Below the pieces are notes generated by a model. That model ran no database searches. It saw only the letters and a list, made by a program, of their open reading frames with translations, and had not been told where the DNA came from. This document shows, in pieces, positions 46,917 to 59,897 of a stretch of DNA of 64,000 nucleotides. The translations under genes were made by a program, and so were the position numbers. Each line of letters begins with the position of its first letter. Position 1 is the stretch's first letter. The stretch lies in NCBI RefSeq assembly GCF_009914755.1, contig NC_060927.1; one strand, given 5' to 3'. Source of the DNA: the human T2T-CHM13v2.0 reference genome, Homo sapiens.

Positions 46917-49350
46917 TTTTTAATTCTTTTTTTCTTTTTTGTCTCCTCTGACTGTACTTTCAAATAGCTGGTCTTCATGCTCATTAGTTCTTCTGCTTTA
47001 TCAATTCTGCTATTAAGAGTCTCTGATGTATTCTTCAGCATGTCAGTTCCATTTTTCAACTCTAGCATTCCTTCTTAATTCTTTTTAATTGTTTCAATCT
47101 CTTTGTTAATTTTATCTGATACAATTCTGAATTCCTTCTCTGTGTGATTTTGAATTTCTTTGAGTTTTTTCAAATAGCTATTTTGAGTTCTCTGTCTGAA
47201 AGGTCACATATCTCTGTTTCTCCAGGATTGGTCCCTGGTGCCTTCTTTAGCTCATTTGGTGAAGCCATGTTTTCCTGGATGTTCTTGATGCTTATAGATG
47301 TTCTTTGGTGTCTGAACATTGAAGATATTTATTATAGTGTTTGCAGTCTGGGCTTATTTTCATCTGTCCTTCTTGGTATGGCTTTCCAGGTATTTGAAGA
47401 GACTTGGGCCCTAAGCCCAATAATACTGTGGTTTTTGTAGACTCATAGAAGTATCACCTTGGTGGTCTTGGATAAGATTCAGAAGAATTCTCTGGATTAC
47501 CAGGCAGAGACTATTATTCTTTTCCTTTAATTCCTCCCATACATTTGGAATTTCTCTGGCTAAGCCATCTGGAACTAGGGGTGTGGTCATGCAAGCACCA
47601 TATGGCCACCACCATTTGGACTGTGTTTGGTCAGACCTGAAGCCAGCACAGCACTGGCTGTCACGCAAGGCCTACTGTAACCACTGCCTGGCTACCACCT
47701 ATGTTCAATCAGTACCCTAGGGTGGATCCACATGCACCCTCCCTTCCCAGGCGCTGGCTGAGCCCAGCATGATTTTGCTCTTTGATGTGACTAAGGTCCT
47801 ATGATCAGCAGGTAGCAAAGCCAGCCAGGTTTATGTCCTTCCTTTCAGGACAGTGAGTTCTCCTATGGCCCAGGAAGGTCCATAGATACTATCTGGGAGC
47901 TAGAGATTAGAGTCAAAAACCTTAGAAATTTAGCTTATGTTCTATTCTACTGTGGCTAACCTGGTACTCATACCACAATACAAAGATTTTCCTGCTGTTC
48001 CTTTACCTTTCAATAGGCAGAGAGCCTCTCCCTGTGGCCACTATCACCACAGCCCACAGGGGGTTCTGCCAGGCCACTGCTGATGTTCACTTAAAGTCCA
48101 AGGGCTCTTCAGTCAGCCTGTAGTGATTGCTTCCAGACCTGGAACTCGTCCTTCAGGGCACTGGGCTCCCCTCTGGCCTGGGCTCATCCAGAAATTGTTC
48201 CAAGAGCCTAGGTCTGGACTTGGGGACTCCAAAAGCCTGCTTGTTGCTCTACCTCACTATGGCCAAGCTGGTACATAAGGTGTAAGACAAAGTCCCTTTT
48301 ACTTCACTATAGCCACCACAGCTGGGAATGTACTGCATGGCATCTAAAGCCAGCACATCTCAGAGCCCAAGGCCCATAGTATATTACCTTGGTATTGCCA
48401 CCGGTTATTCAGAGCCCAAGGGCTCCTTAGTCAGCAGGTGATGAATCTCACCAGGACTGGGTCCTTCCCTTCAAGGCAGTGGGTTCCCTTCTGTCCCATA
48501 GTGTTTCTAGAAATGTCATCTGTAAGCTGGGGCCTGGATTGGAGGCCTCATGACTCTGCCCAGTGCCCTATCCTCCTATGGCTGAGCTGGTACCCAAGAT
48601 GCAAGACAAAGTCATCTTTATTCTTCATTCTCCTCTCATTAAGCAGAAGGAAGGAGTCACTTTTGTAGCTTCCAGCTGCACTGCCTGGGGTTGAAGGAGA
48701 GGTGGCACAAGCACTCCCTTGGCCACCCTGGCTGGAGTCTTCCTAGGTCATGTGCTACCCTAGTCCACTGGTTCTAAGCCCAGCCCAGCACTAGGAGTTG
48801 CCTAGGAATTATAATTCTATATAGTACTATATAGTATTTGTGTCCTAGACTGCCTTTTGAGCTTACCTATGACCCCAGAATGCTTTGGCCCATGTTGGCA
48901 AGGCTTACCAAGAAACTCAAGTTCATATGCCTGGGAAGGGCAACTTTCTTCTGGCTAGGGTGTGTTCGAATGTTCCCTCCTTGTTCAGGCCCTGGCTGAG
49001 CCCAGCATGGTTTTGCTGTCTGCGTGAAACAGCAGCACTGAGTTCAGTGTAAGTCCCCCATTCAGTGCGCTCTCCCTTCCCCAAGAGCACAGACTCTCTC
49101 TGTGCTACAGGGCTGCTGCTGGGAGGTGGGAGAGGGGTGGCGTCTGCGATTCAAGCCTGTCTCTCCTACCTTCTTAAATGCCTCTTTCCACGACGTGAAG
49201 TAAAACCAGGTATTGTGATAGCTCACTTATTTTTGGGTCCTGTGATGGTGCTTTTCTGTGTGCAGATAGTTGTTAAAATTTGGTCTTCCTGTGGGGGATG
49301 GGGGAACGAATGGTATAGGCTTCTATTTTGCCATCTTGTGCTGCCCTCCT

Positions 49351-49478
49351 AGACTGATATTTTTGTAAATTTCTGTAGATATAGCAATTGCTGTAAAAGT
49401 TTCTAAACCACCTACTTTTGTTTATGTACATATCTTGTTGTAGACCAGGGAAACTAGTTTGTGTACTGGCACCACTTC
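49351..49478. mobile_element. Charlie7/MER119-like hAT element, right part
   Basis: 'caattgctgtaaaagtttctaaa...tgtacatatctt...tagtttgtgtactggcacc'. Confidence 0.55.
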
Positions 49479-51261
49479 TTAGATCCTATTCTATCCTATT
49501 TGTATAGCTGGGAATTAAGCTGTATAGTTTTAACAATCAGCTTTATTAGAAAAAAATTATACTGCCTCTTATGCCTGACATGCTTATTTGATCCAATCTT
49601 TTTTGCTTCAAAAACTGTAATTGCACAGCTGCAATTATAACTAATATACATGTGTATGTATGTGTGTGTGTGTGTGTTAAAGGGTAATTATTTTCATAAT
49701 TTTCAGTTTTACCTGTCAAAAATTTTAATTTTACTACTTACATAGAAAGCTTAGACTTCATTGTATTTGCATTTTCTATCAGTTAGCTTTTTATAAAATA
49801 CTAATTATCCTCAGGGACTGCTTTATGTACATTTCCAAGTATACTCAAACCTTCTTGTAGTCATGAGAGCTGTGAGATCCCTTAATTTCCAAAAATAATT
49901 TGATTATACTTACACTAAAAGACACATGTCAATATGTTTATCAAATACACATAGGAAAAATTCAATAAATTTTTTGCAGGATGGGTAGCAGATATAGCTA
50001 TCATCTAGGATAGTTAACGCCATCTCATGTCATATGTAAATTCTCCATTGGTTGTGGATACCTGCTCAACTGGTTGCGGATACCTGGAATATCATGTTGA
50101 GAAAGATCTTGAGTCCAAGTAGGTTCAGCTAGGAAAGCTTGTCATGTGTGATTAATGATGTCTAGAAGAGGAGCAGGTGAGGAGGCATGAATTCTATGTA
50201 TTTTCCTCTATTAAGTATTATGCTTGTTCTGAGCTTCCAGCAGCAAAGGAAAAGCATTAAACATGGTGGATTATGTTCATTATCTAATGAAAATAAACAT
50301 TCACATTTGTAAGAAAGATAGATGTTTTCCTTGTTCTAAATTCTAAAATGAATTTGTTTTTCTAGATGGAAGGAACATTGTAAAATATGATGAGTTGGTA
50401 TTTTTCATTGATTCAGTAGGTATATAACAATGGTTTTCAGTAGATATACAAACTGTGATATACCACTTTAAAAAATATCAATCCTTGATAATCTAAGACC
50501 ATATCAGAAGGAAGAAACAAGGATTATTTTTATGAGAATTTTCAAAAATATTACATTGTACTTGTAAATAGTGACAAAGAAAGCTAGAATATATTTACAG
50601 AAATTCAACTAATCAATCTGTCAGACCCTCTTTTTCTCTATACAAACTTATAGGTTTATAGGTTCTTTTATTTTTTTTCAAATCCTTTCGTTTTTCTTCT
50701 CTGACCAAAAAGATGATGTACATTATACTGAAGAGAAAGACACTCAGCAATGAAGTATGGATTTGGATATAACAGGGAGATTAAACGGTCCTGAAAGGTG
50801 ATATATGCCAACTTCCAAATTATAACTAGTGTTCTAACAGTGGTGTTGACAACCTGTGACTATGGCAGAAGCAGCATGGAGATGATTTTTAATAATTCAT
50901 GAAGGCAGAAGATATAATTGTGTAGCCAGGGTGCTCTGCTGCTTTCTTCTCTAGGCACCTTTCCCACTTCCCACCACCTCTTCTTTTTCTTCAGATACTC
51001 ATGCGCTTTATTTTGTCCCTTGTCAACATTTTCTACCCCTCTCTCTATTTCTGCCCTTCTCAGAAGTATACAGTTTTCGAGTTTAGTAGGAGCAGATTTG
51101 ATGATGATCTCTAATCTTGTTATTTTTTCAGTTGGCAAAACTGAGTTTAAGCTGTTAACTGTTTAAGGTATTACCTCTCACTAGTGAAACCTTAGTAATG
51201 TTTCAAGCTCAAAATAATCCCTTTTTATTTGATTTTTGTTAGGTTTTGAAGGGAAGGTGAG

Positions 51262-51685
51262 TGTTAAAGACACACACACACACACACACACCAACACACA
51301 GAAAGAGGGCGGCTTAACAGCAAATGCAGGCTTTATGCTCAGCATAAAACCTACAGAAGTGGAGCACCAGCCTAATGCCAGAGCCCACAGTTGGTTACAG
51401 GCTGGGGGTACTTATTGGTATGGGCTGCCCGGCAGGATATTGATAAGATGTTCCCATGATGAGGCGGTTCTGGCCCTTGTTCCAGGGGGATGCCATCCTG
51501 GTGCTCCAAGCCTTTGTCCAGCAAGATATGATAGGGATGTTTCTTTAGTTCGGCCTTTGTCCACCTTGTGGTCAGGTGGTTAGGCAGGATCTTTCTCATG
51601 ACTCGAACCCCTGTGAAATATTTCACTTTGACCAAGGTATAAAAAATAGCAGGGAGCTTACAAAATGGTGCAGTTTGGTCTAACA
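51262..51685 (-). mobile_element. ERV solo LTR (LTR32-like, ERVL) with an internal (CA)n
   Basis: TGTTA...TAACA inverted termini; minus strand begins 'tgttagaccaaactgcaccattttgtaagctccc'. Confidence 0.7.
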
Positions 51686-51778
51686 GTTTTATCTATCAAA
51701 ATTTAAAACTATCAGTATTATTCATACAATAAATAACACTATTATAAATAACTCTTAGTAGGTAAATGCATTTTAATT

Positions 51779-52356
51779 ACTGTTGGTGGGAGTGTAAATT
51801 AGTTCAACCATTATGGAAGGATCTAGAACTAGAAATACTGTTTGACCCAGCAATCCCATTATTGGGTATATACCCAAAGGATTATAAATCATGCTACTAT
51901 AAAGACACATGCACATGTATGTTTATTGTGGCACTATTCACAATAACAAAGACTTGGAACCAACCCAAATGTCCATCAATGATACACTGGATTAAGAAAA
52001 TGTGGCACATATACACCATGGAATAGTATGCAGCCATAAAAAAAGGATGAGTTCATGTCCTTTGCAGGGACATGGATGAAGCTAGGAACCATTCTCAGCA
52101 AGCTATCACAAGGACAGAAAACCAAACACCACATGTTCTCACTCATAGGTGGGAATTGAACAATGCTTGGATGCAGGGCTGGGAACATCACACACTGGGG
52201 CCTGTTGAGAGGGGGTAGTTGGGGGAGGGATAGCATTAGGAGAATGTAAATGACAAGTTGATGGGTGCAGCAAACCAACATGGCACATGTATACCTATGT
52301 AACAAACCTGCACGTTGTGCACATGTACCCTAGAACTTAAAACAAACAAAAACAAA
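51779..52356 (+). mobile_element. 5'-truncated L1PA (mid-age) 3' end
   Basis: ORF2 C-terminal peptide '[13 protein letters not shown]...', L1PA 3'UTR, (AAAC)n tail. Confidence 0.9.
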
Positions 52357-52910
52357 CATTAATTGTAGAGATTTCCACTTCTGGTCACAGTACAGTAGCA
52401 GAAACTAGATTTAGGGTATTATGTGAAACAACCCCTTCAAAGTAGACAGAATATATGAAACAATAGATTTTAAGACAAAAGGCATCAGGCCACGAAACTT
52501 AGTAACCTGTGAGACAGAAGGCAAATGAGGTATTGCCTATGATTGTCCCAGGTTACAGTCTTAAGAGAGTTTCTAGGCTATTGTACTGGGAGGGTGAACC
52601 CAGCCAGCACCTGTCAGACTCCCTGATTTGAGAAGACAGAGCTGAGAGTCTGGGGAAACTCAGTATTCTAGAGTTTCCACGACAGAGTACTAGAAAGGAG
52701 AGACAACTACACAGTGAGAGAATGCTGGAGATCTTCAGAGGATCCCCCTCGGGTCTCCGTACTGACCATCAAAGTCACTGGGAGAAGAATAATTTGAAAG
52801 GATTAAAAGGAATAGTGTCTGACACTCACAGGGTAAAGTGTCTGCTCCTACTAGCCAGACTGAAAAATTTATAATTAGTGAGTGATCGGGAGAATACTCA
52901 GTAGTGGGGA

Positions 52911-53561
52911 GGTTGGGGCTAGAAAATGATACCTCCAAATGAAGGCATCAGAAGAAGTCTCAGAAGCAAAGTTTCTCTCTGAACTCCTCTTGTTCTCCTG
53001 TCTCTCATTCTCCCTTGAGGCTAGCCAAACAAACCAGAATCCCTCTTCTCCAAGGCAAGTCAGAGACACCAGAGCCCCTTTTCCCAAAGCTATTCATAAA
53101 ACCTCAAAATAAACGTTACTGTAACTTTCCCTCCACCTTTCTGTGTAAAAGCTGGTCATAAAGAAATTATCTGGCCTACCATGTTTGATTGTAAGCCATA
53201 GGATCCCCATTTCAGAATGGGTCCTTCCCCATACCCAGAAGGAAGAAATGCTTCAGAGAGAGTCCCCAAGAGGAATCTAAATAGATAGGCCTTGCTGGGA
53301 TTTCCCCTCCATCTATAAACATTGGCTCATATCCTTTGTGTCCAATTATATTTCTACACAGCTGTTCATACTTGGCTGAACCTATGCAGAAAAATGAACA
53401 GCTTCTCCTGTGTCTTGGGCCTTCATTCTGAAGGCTTTTCTGTCGCATAAAATTATGGTTAAATAAATTTGTAAGCATTTTATCCTATTAATTTGTGTCT
53501 TGTCAGTTGATTTTCAGCAAACCTTCAGAGGGTGAAAGGGAAGTTTTCCATTGCCCCAACA
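52911..53561 (+). mobile_element. MER39-like ERV1 solo LTR
   Basis: 'gttggggctagaaaatgatacc...ctcagaagcaaagtttctctctga', ends 'gccccaaca'; near-TSD ggga/ggaa. Confidence 0.8.
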
Positions 53562-54196
53562 GGAATAAATAGCCCTAGTAGTGCTTTGAACCTATCTAAT
53601 AAGTTATAAAAGAAAACCAGAAGGGACCAAACTGTAACCAAGTAACTGAACTTTTCAGATGACTCAGAATAACTACAGAGGTAAACCCTACTGGGCCATA
53701 AAACAAATCTCAATAAATTTAAAATGATCCAAATTCATACAAATATATTCTCAGACCACAATGGAAATAATGTAAAATTAGTAACAGAAAGATATTTGAA
53801 AAAATTCCTTAAATATTTGAAAACCAATTATAACACACTTCTAAATAACCCATGGGTCAAATAAGGAATCAAAAATGGAAAATAAAAAGTAGTTTGAACT
53901 AAATACAAATGGATATACAACATAATCAGACTTTGTGAGATGCTGCTAAAGCAGTACTTTGGGGGAAATTTTTAGCACTAAATGCTTATATTGGAAATGA
54001 ATAAAGATCTCTAATTAGTGACCTCAGCTTCCACTCTAAGCAACCAGAAGATAAGTACAAATTAAAACTAAGCAGAAAAAAGGAAATACTAAATATCAGA
54101 GAAAAAATCAGTAAAACAGCAAACAGGAAAATAGATAAGATCAATGAAACAAAAAACTGGGTCTTTGAGAAGATTAATGAAATTGATCAATCTCTA

Positions 54197-54647
<451 letters not shown>

Positions 54648-55127
54648 TCAACAACTTAGATGTAATGAGCATATTCATTGAAAGACACAAATTACCAAAG
54701 CTCATTCAATAAGAAATCAATAACCTGAATAGCAGTGTACTTATATATAAACAAATTGCATTTGTAGTTCAAAATGTCCAACAAAGAAAACTCCAGACCT
54801 ATAAGGCTTCGCTGGTAAATTCTACTAAACATTTAAGGAGGAAATAATATCAATTCTATAAAAACTCTTTTGTAAAATTTAAGAAAATACTTCCCAAATC
54901 ATGTGACCAGCATTGTCATGGTACCAAAACTAGATAAAAAAATTCCAAGAGGAAAAACTAACTGTAGCCCAATATCCTTCATTAATATTAATGTAAAATC
55001 TCTAAATAAATATTTTAGAAAATCAAACAATGTGTACAAAGGATAATGCGTAATGACCAAATGAGGTTTATCCCAGGAATGTAGTGTAATATGGTTATGA
55101 ACTAACTAATTAACAAATTTTAAAAAA

Positions 55128-55490
55128 AACATAAAAAAGAATGAGATCATGTCCTTTGCGGGGACATGGATGGGGCTGGAGGCCATTATCCTTAGCAAAC
55201 TGACACAGGAACGGAAAACAAAATAAATGTTCCTGTTCCTACTTACAAGTGGAAGCTAAATGATGTGAACACATGGACACATAGAGGGGAAAAACACACT
55301 CTGGGGCCTATAAGAGGGTGGAGGGGGCGAGGAGGGAGAGGATCAGGAAAAACAACTAATGAGTACAAGGCTTAATACCTGGGTGGTGAAGTAATCTGTA
55401 CAACCCTTATGACACATGTTTACCTATGTAATAAACCTGTACATTTTGCACATGTACCCATGAACTTAAAAGTTAAATAAAAGAAAGAAA
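55128..55490 (+). mobile_element. L1PA13-16 type 3' end
   Basis: 'gagggagaggatcaggaaaaacaactaatgagtac..ggcttaatacctgggtg'. Confidence 0.85.
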
Positions 55491-55547
55491 ACATTTGATC
55501 ATCTCAATAGGTACATAAAAAGCATTTGACAAATTTAGTATTCTTTT

Positions 55548-55931
55548 AAAATTGTATTTATTTTTAAAATTATTTTTCCATAAGTTATTGGGGTACAGGT
55601 GGTATTTGGTTACATGAGTAAGTTCTTTAGTGGTGATTTGTGAGATTTTGGTGCACCCATCACCCAAGAGGTATACACTGCACTATATTTGTAGTCTTTG
55701 ATCCCTCACTCCCCTCCCACTCTTCCCCCCAAGTCCCCAAAGTCCATTGTATCATTCTTAGCCTTTGCATCCTTATAGTTTATCTCTCACATATCATTAA
55801 GAACATATGATATTAGGTTTTCCATTCTTGAGTTGCTTCACTTAGAATAATAGTCTCCAATCTCATCCAGGTCGCTGCTAATGCTGTCAATTCATTCATT
55901 TTTATGGCTGAGTAGTAGTCCATCATATATG

Positions 55932-55982
<51 letters not shown>

Positions 55983-56004
55983 CCCACACAGTTTCTTTAT
56001 CCAC
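55548..56004 (-). mobile_element. L1PB1-type 3' end containing (TA)n(CA)n at ~55926-55982
   Basis: 'ccataagttattggggtacaggtggtatttggttacatgagtaagttctttagtggtgatt'; near-TSD tagtattc(c)tttt. Confidence 0.85.
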
Positions 56005-57337
56005 TAGTATTCCTTTTGACAGAAAGTCTGAGCTAAGTAGGAATAGAAGAGAAGCTCCTCAACTTGTTACAGGGCATCTACAAAAAAACCCTTATAGCTG
56101 ATATCATAATTAATGGTGAAAATAGTGAATTTTTCCTAGTATAATGAGGAACAAGAGAAGAATGTATACTCTCACTACTTCTATTAAACATTATACAGAG
56201 GTTCTGGCAAGTAAAATTAGGCAAAAAAAAGAAATTAAAGTTGTTTTGATTGGAAAAGAAGTAAAACTGTCTTTATTTGCAGATGGCTGATTGTCAAAAA
56301 TCTGATAAAATCTGTAAAAAAGATACTGGGACTAATAAATTTAGCATGTTGGCAAGACATAAGACAAATATTAAAAATTAAATATATTTTTATATACTAG
56401 CAACAAATAATATTTAAACTCACAAAGCAATATCACAATAGAGAGAAAAGGTATGGAATAGTTTGGGATAAATCTGATAAAATATTTGAAAGAATTGTAT
56501 GCTGAAAATTGCAAAACACTACTGACAGAAATAAAGCCCTAAGTCCACGGGGAATATATGTCAGGATCATGGGTTAGAAGATACAATATTGTTAAAAGCC
56601 ATTTCTCCCCAAATTGTAGATTTAATACAGTCCTACCCAAAAACTCAGCATCTAATTTTTTGGTAGAAATTGATTAACTTATTCTAAAAATCATGTGGAA
56701 ATGTAAAGGACCCAGAATAGTCAAAACAACTTTGCAGTAGGAGACACGTTAGAGCACTAACATTACCTGATATCAAAGCTTACAAATCTACAACAATCAA
56801 GAAAGTACGGTGTTGGCATAACAATAGATAAATATATCAATGGAACAGAAGAAGAGAGCCCAGAAATAGACTTACTCATGCACACATAGACTGCTGAATT
56901 TCTACAAAGCTGCAAAGCCAATTCAGTGGGTAGTTCTGCTGTTGTTTTTCAACAAATGATGCTAAAATTATTGGATGTCCATAGGCAGCAAAAAGGAATG
57001 CAACAGAAAATATGTAATTTAAAACAGATCATAGATCTAAATGTAAAACAAAAACTATGAAAGTTTTTTGAAGGAGACATAAAAGAATCTTTGTGATATT
57101 GGGCTAGGCAAAGATTTCTTACATGTGATGTCAAAAGTACAATCCTTAAAGCAAATTGATAAAACTTGGCCAAAATTAAAAATTTCTGCTCTTGGAAATA
57201 GATTGTTAAGGGAATAAAAATAAGCTACAAAATGGGATAATTTTACAAAGCATACATCTGATAAAGGATATGTATTCTGGACACATGAAGAACCATCAGA
57301 ATTCAAAAAGAAAACAACTCAATTTCAAAAATAGGCA

Positions 57338-57817
57338 AAAATTAAAAAATAATGAAATCCTGTCATTTGCAGCAACATGGATGAGCTTAGAGGACATTAC
57401 TTTAAGTAAAATAAGCCAGGCACAGAAAAGCAAATATCACATGTTCTCGCTGATATGTGGGAGCTAAAAATGTGGATCATATGGAGGTAGAGAGTAGGAT
57501 TGTGGTTACTAGACTTGGGAAGAGTAGTGGGAAATAGAGGATGAAAAGAGATTGGTTTTTAGGTACAACAATACAGTTAAATAGAAGGAGTAAGTTCTAG
57601 TGGTGTTCAATAGCACAGTAGGAGGACTACTTAAAAATAACTTATTGTATATTTCCAAATAGTGAGAAGAGAAGATTTGGAATGTTCCCAACATGAAGAG
57701 ATGGTAAATGTTTGAGGTGATATCCCAATTACTCCAATTTGATCATTACACGTTGTATATAGGTATCAAAATGTCATATGTAACCCATAAATATATACAA
57801 TCATTATGTGTCAATAA
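57338..57817 (+). mobile_element. L1MA4/5-type 3' end
   Basis: 'gaaatcctgtcatttgcagcaacatggatg', 'ttgatcattacac'; TSD aaaaataggca (57327-57337 and 57818-57828). Confidence 0.85.
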
Positions 57818-59489
57818 AAAAATAGGCATATCACGAAAGAAGATATTTGATGGCAAATAAGCGTGTGAAAAGGTGCTCAACATTTTAAGGCTTTGAAGAA
57901 ATGCAATTTAAAACACTAAGGAAATATAGCTACACGTCTACTGGAATGTCTACAATTTGAAAAGCTGATCATATTGGCAAGAATATAGAGAGACTAGAAC
58001 TTTCATACTCTGCTTGTGGAAATGTAAAACGGTAAAACCACTTTGCAAACAGTTTGGCAGTTTCTTAAGAATTGAAGCACATGCTTATGTTGCTCTGCCA
58101 TTTCTCTCCTGGGTAAACACCCAGGAGAAATGGAAGCATACATTTGTACAAAGATTTGTACATGAATGTTCATAGCAGCTTTATTTGTAATAGCCGTAAT
58201 TGGAAAAAAAAACACTAATGTTCATGAACAAGTGAATTGATAAACAATCTGTGATATCTCCATACAATGAAATACTACTCAGCAATAAAAAAGGAATATA
58301 CTATGTATACACACAACATGGATGAGTCTCAAAACAATTATCTCAAAAAGCCAGACAGAAAGAACATAGTGAATAATTCCATTTTTGTAGAATTATAGGA
58401 AATGTAAATAAATATTTAGTCACAGAAAATAGGTCAGTTTTTGTTTGGTGGTGCTTATGGGGTGGCAAGGTGTGGAGGCTGGGAAGGGCTGGAGGGCAAA
58501 ATTATGAAGGGTATCTAGGAGACTATTTGGAATAATGAATATATTCATTATGTTGATTTTGGTGGCTGTTTCATGGGCATGTACATACGTCAAAACTTAT
58601 CAAATTATACACTACAAATATCTGTGGTTTCCTGTATATCAGTTTCACCTCAATAAAGCTGTTAAAAACGCTAATTGTTTTCTGCTGCCCTTTGCCAGCT
58701 CTTAGGAATTATCTCCCAACCATACAATTTTAGCTACAAGTAAAATGCATAAAGATGCATAATCAACGTTGCTTAGTACTCAGCAACTGTACACTCCATT
58801 GACCCCTTTTTCTTGTTTGCAAGTGGCTCTGTAAGATCATAGAATTCCACAAAGCAGTTTTTAAATGCTAGCACAGATGAGATTTTAAGTCAACAACAAC
58901 CTTGCTGGGTGATCCATCATCTGACCTATGCTTGAACAGGAAACTTACCCCCTTCACAGGAGTGTATTATAACTTTGGACAGCTCTCACTCTTAGAAAAT
59001 TGGGGCTACTGATAGGATTTTACTTATATTTTTACTGGTTGGGATGAAAATATATGTTGTTGGAAGAAGTTTTTAATATTCAAAAGCCCAAATCTTGGAG
59101 TGGACAAACTTCCTTAAGAGCAGTAGCACTGTCTACTGCAGTGATTTCTCAGCTGAGTCCTTCTTTAGCTACTAGGGCAGAGAAAGGGCAGTATCAGGTG
59201 TCAGTGGCCCAGTGGGTATGGCAATGGGTACCTGATCTTCACTCATGTTTTGTTCAACATAGGAGTATTTTTATGTTTTACTGTTCTGATTTTATATGTT
59301 TCTCTTGACAACATTTTTTTTTCTTTTTAAATCACTGGAGTGGTGGAAAGAATTTTCTTTGAGCAGAGAGGCATGGATTTACGTATTTCTCACCCATTTT
59401 TTAGATATTTTATACATTAGTAATGTTAGTAAGACAGAGTGAGTGAAATACTCAGGTATTAGAATGGAGAGTTGCTATCTCAACATCAT

Positions 59490-59897
59490 TGTTTTCGTAT
59501 TGGTTTGCTGGGTATTTTGTTGGTATAACAAAATACCGTAAGCTGGCTGGCTTAAACAACAGGAATTTATTGTGTCACAGTTCTGGAGACTGCAACTACA
59601 AGATGGAGGTGTTGGCAGCTTTGATTTTTGCTGAGGCCCCTCCCTTTAATTTGCAGATGGCCATCCTCTCATTGTATCCTCATGTGGTCCTCCCTGATCT
59701 GTGTGTTGTCTATGTCCTGATCTCTTTTTTTCTTTTAGAACAATCAGATTAGAGCTCACCCTTATAATCTCCTTTAGCCTTAATTATCTCTCTAAAGGCT
59801 CTGTCTGCTAATAGTAATTCCAAATACTTAGTCTAAAATACTGAAGATTAAAACTTCAATATATAAATTGGAGGGGGACAAAATTCAGCCCATAACA
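59490..59897 (-). mobile_element. MaLR solo LTR (MLT1A-like), followed by a MIR tail to ~60020
   Basis: 'ataacaaaatacc...ggcttaaacaacag...cacagttctggag', ends 'gggggacaaaattcagcccataaca'. Confidence 0.85.

Noticed and set aside
48000-48650. ~320-bp diverged repeats in the L1 5' region
   Set aside because: Subunit repeats are an expected feature of old L1 5'UTRs
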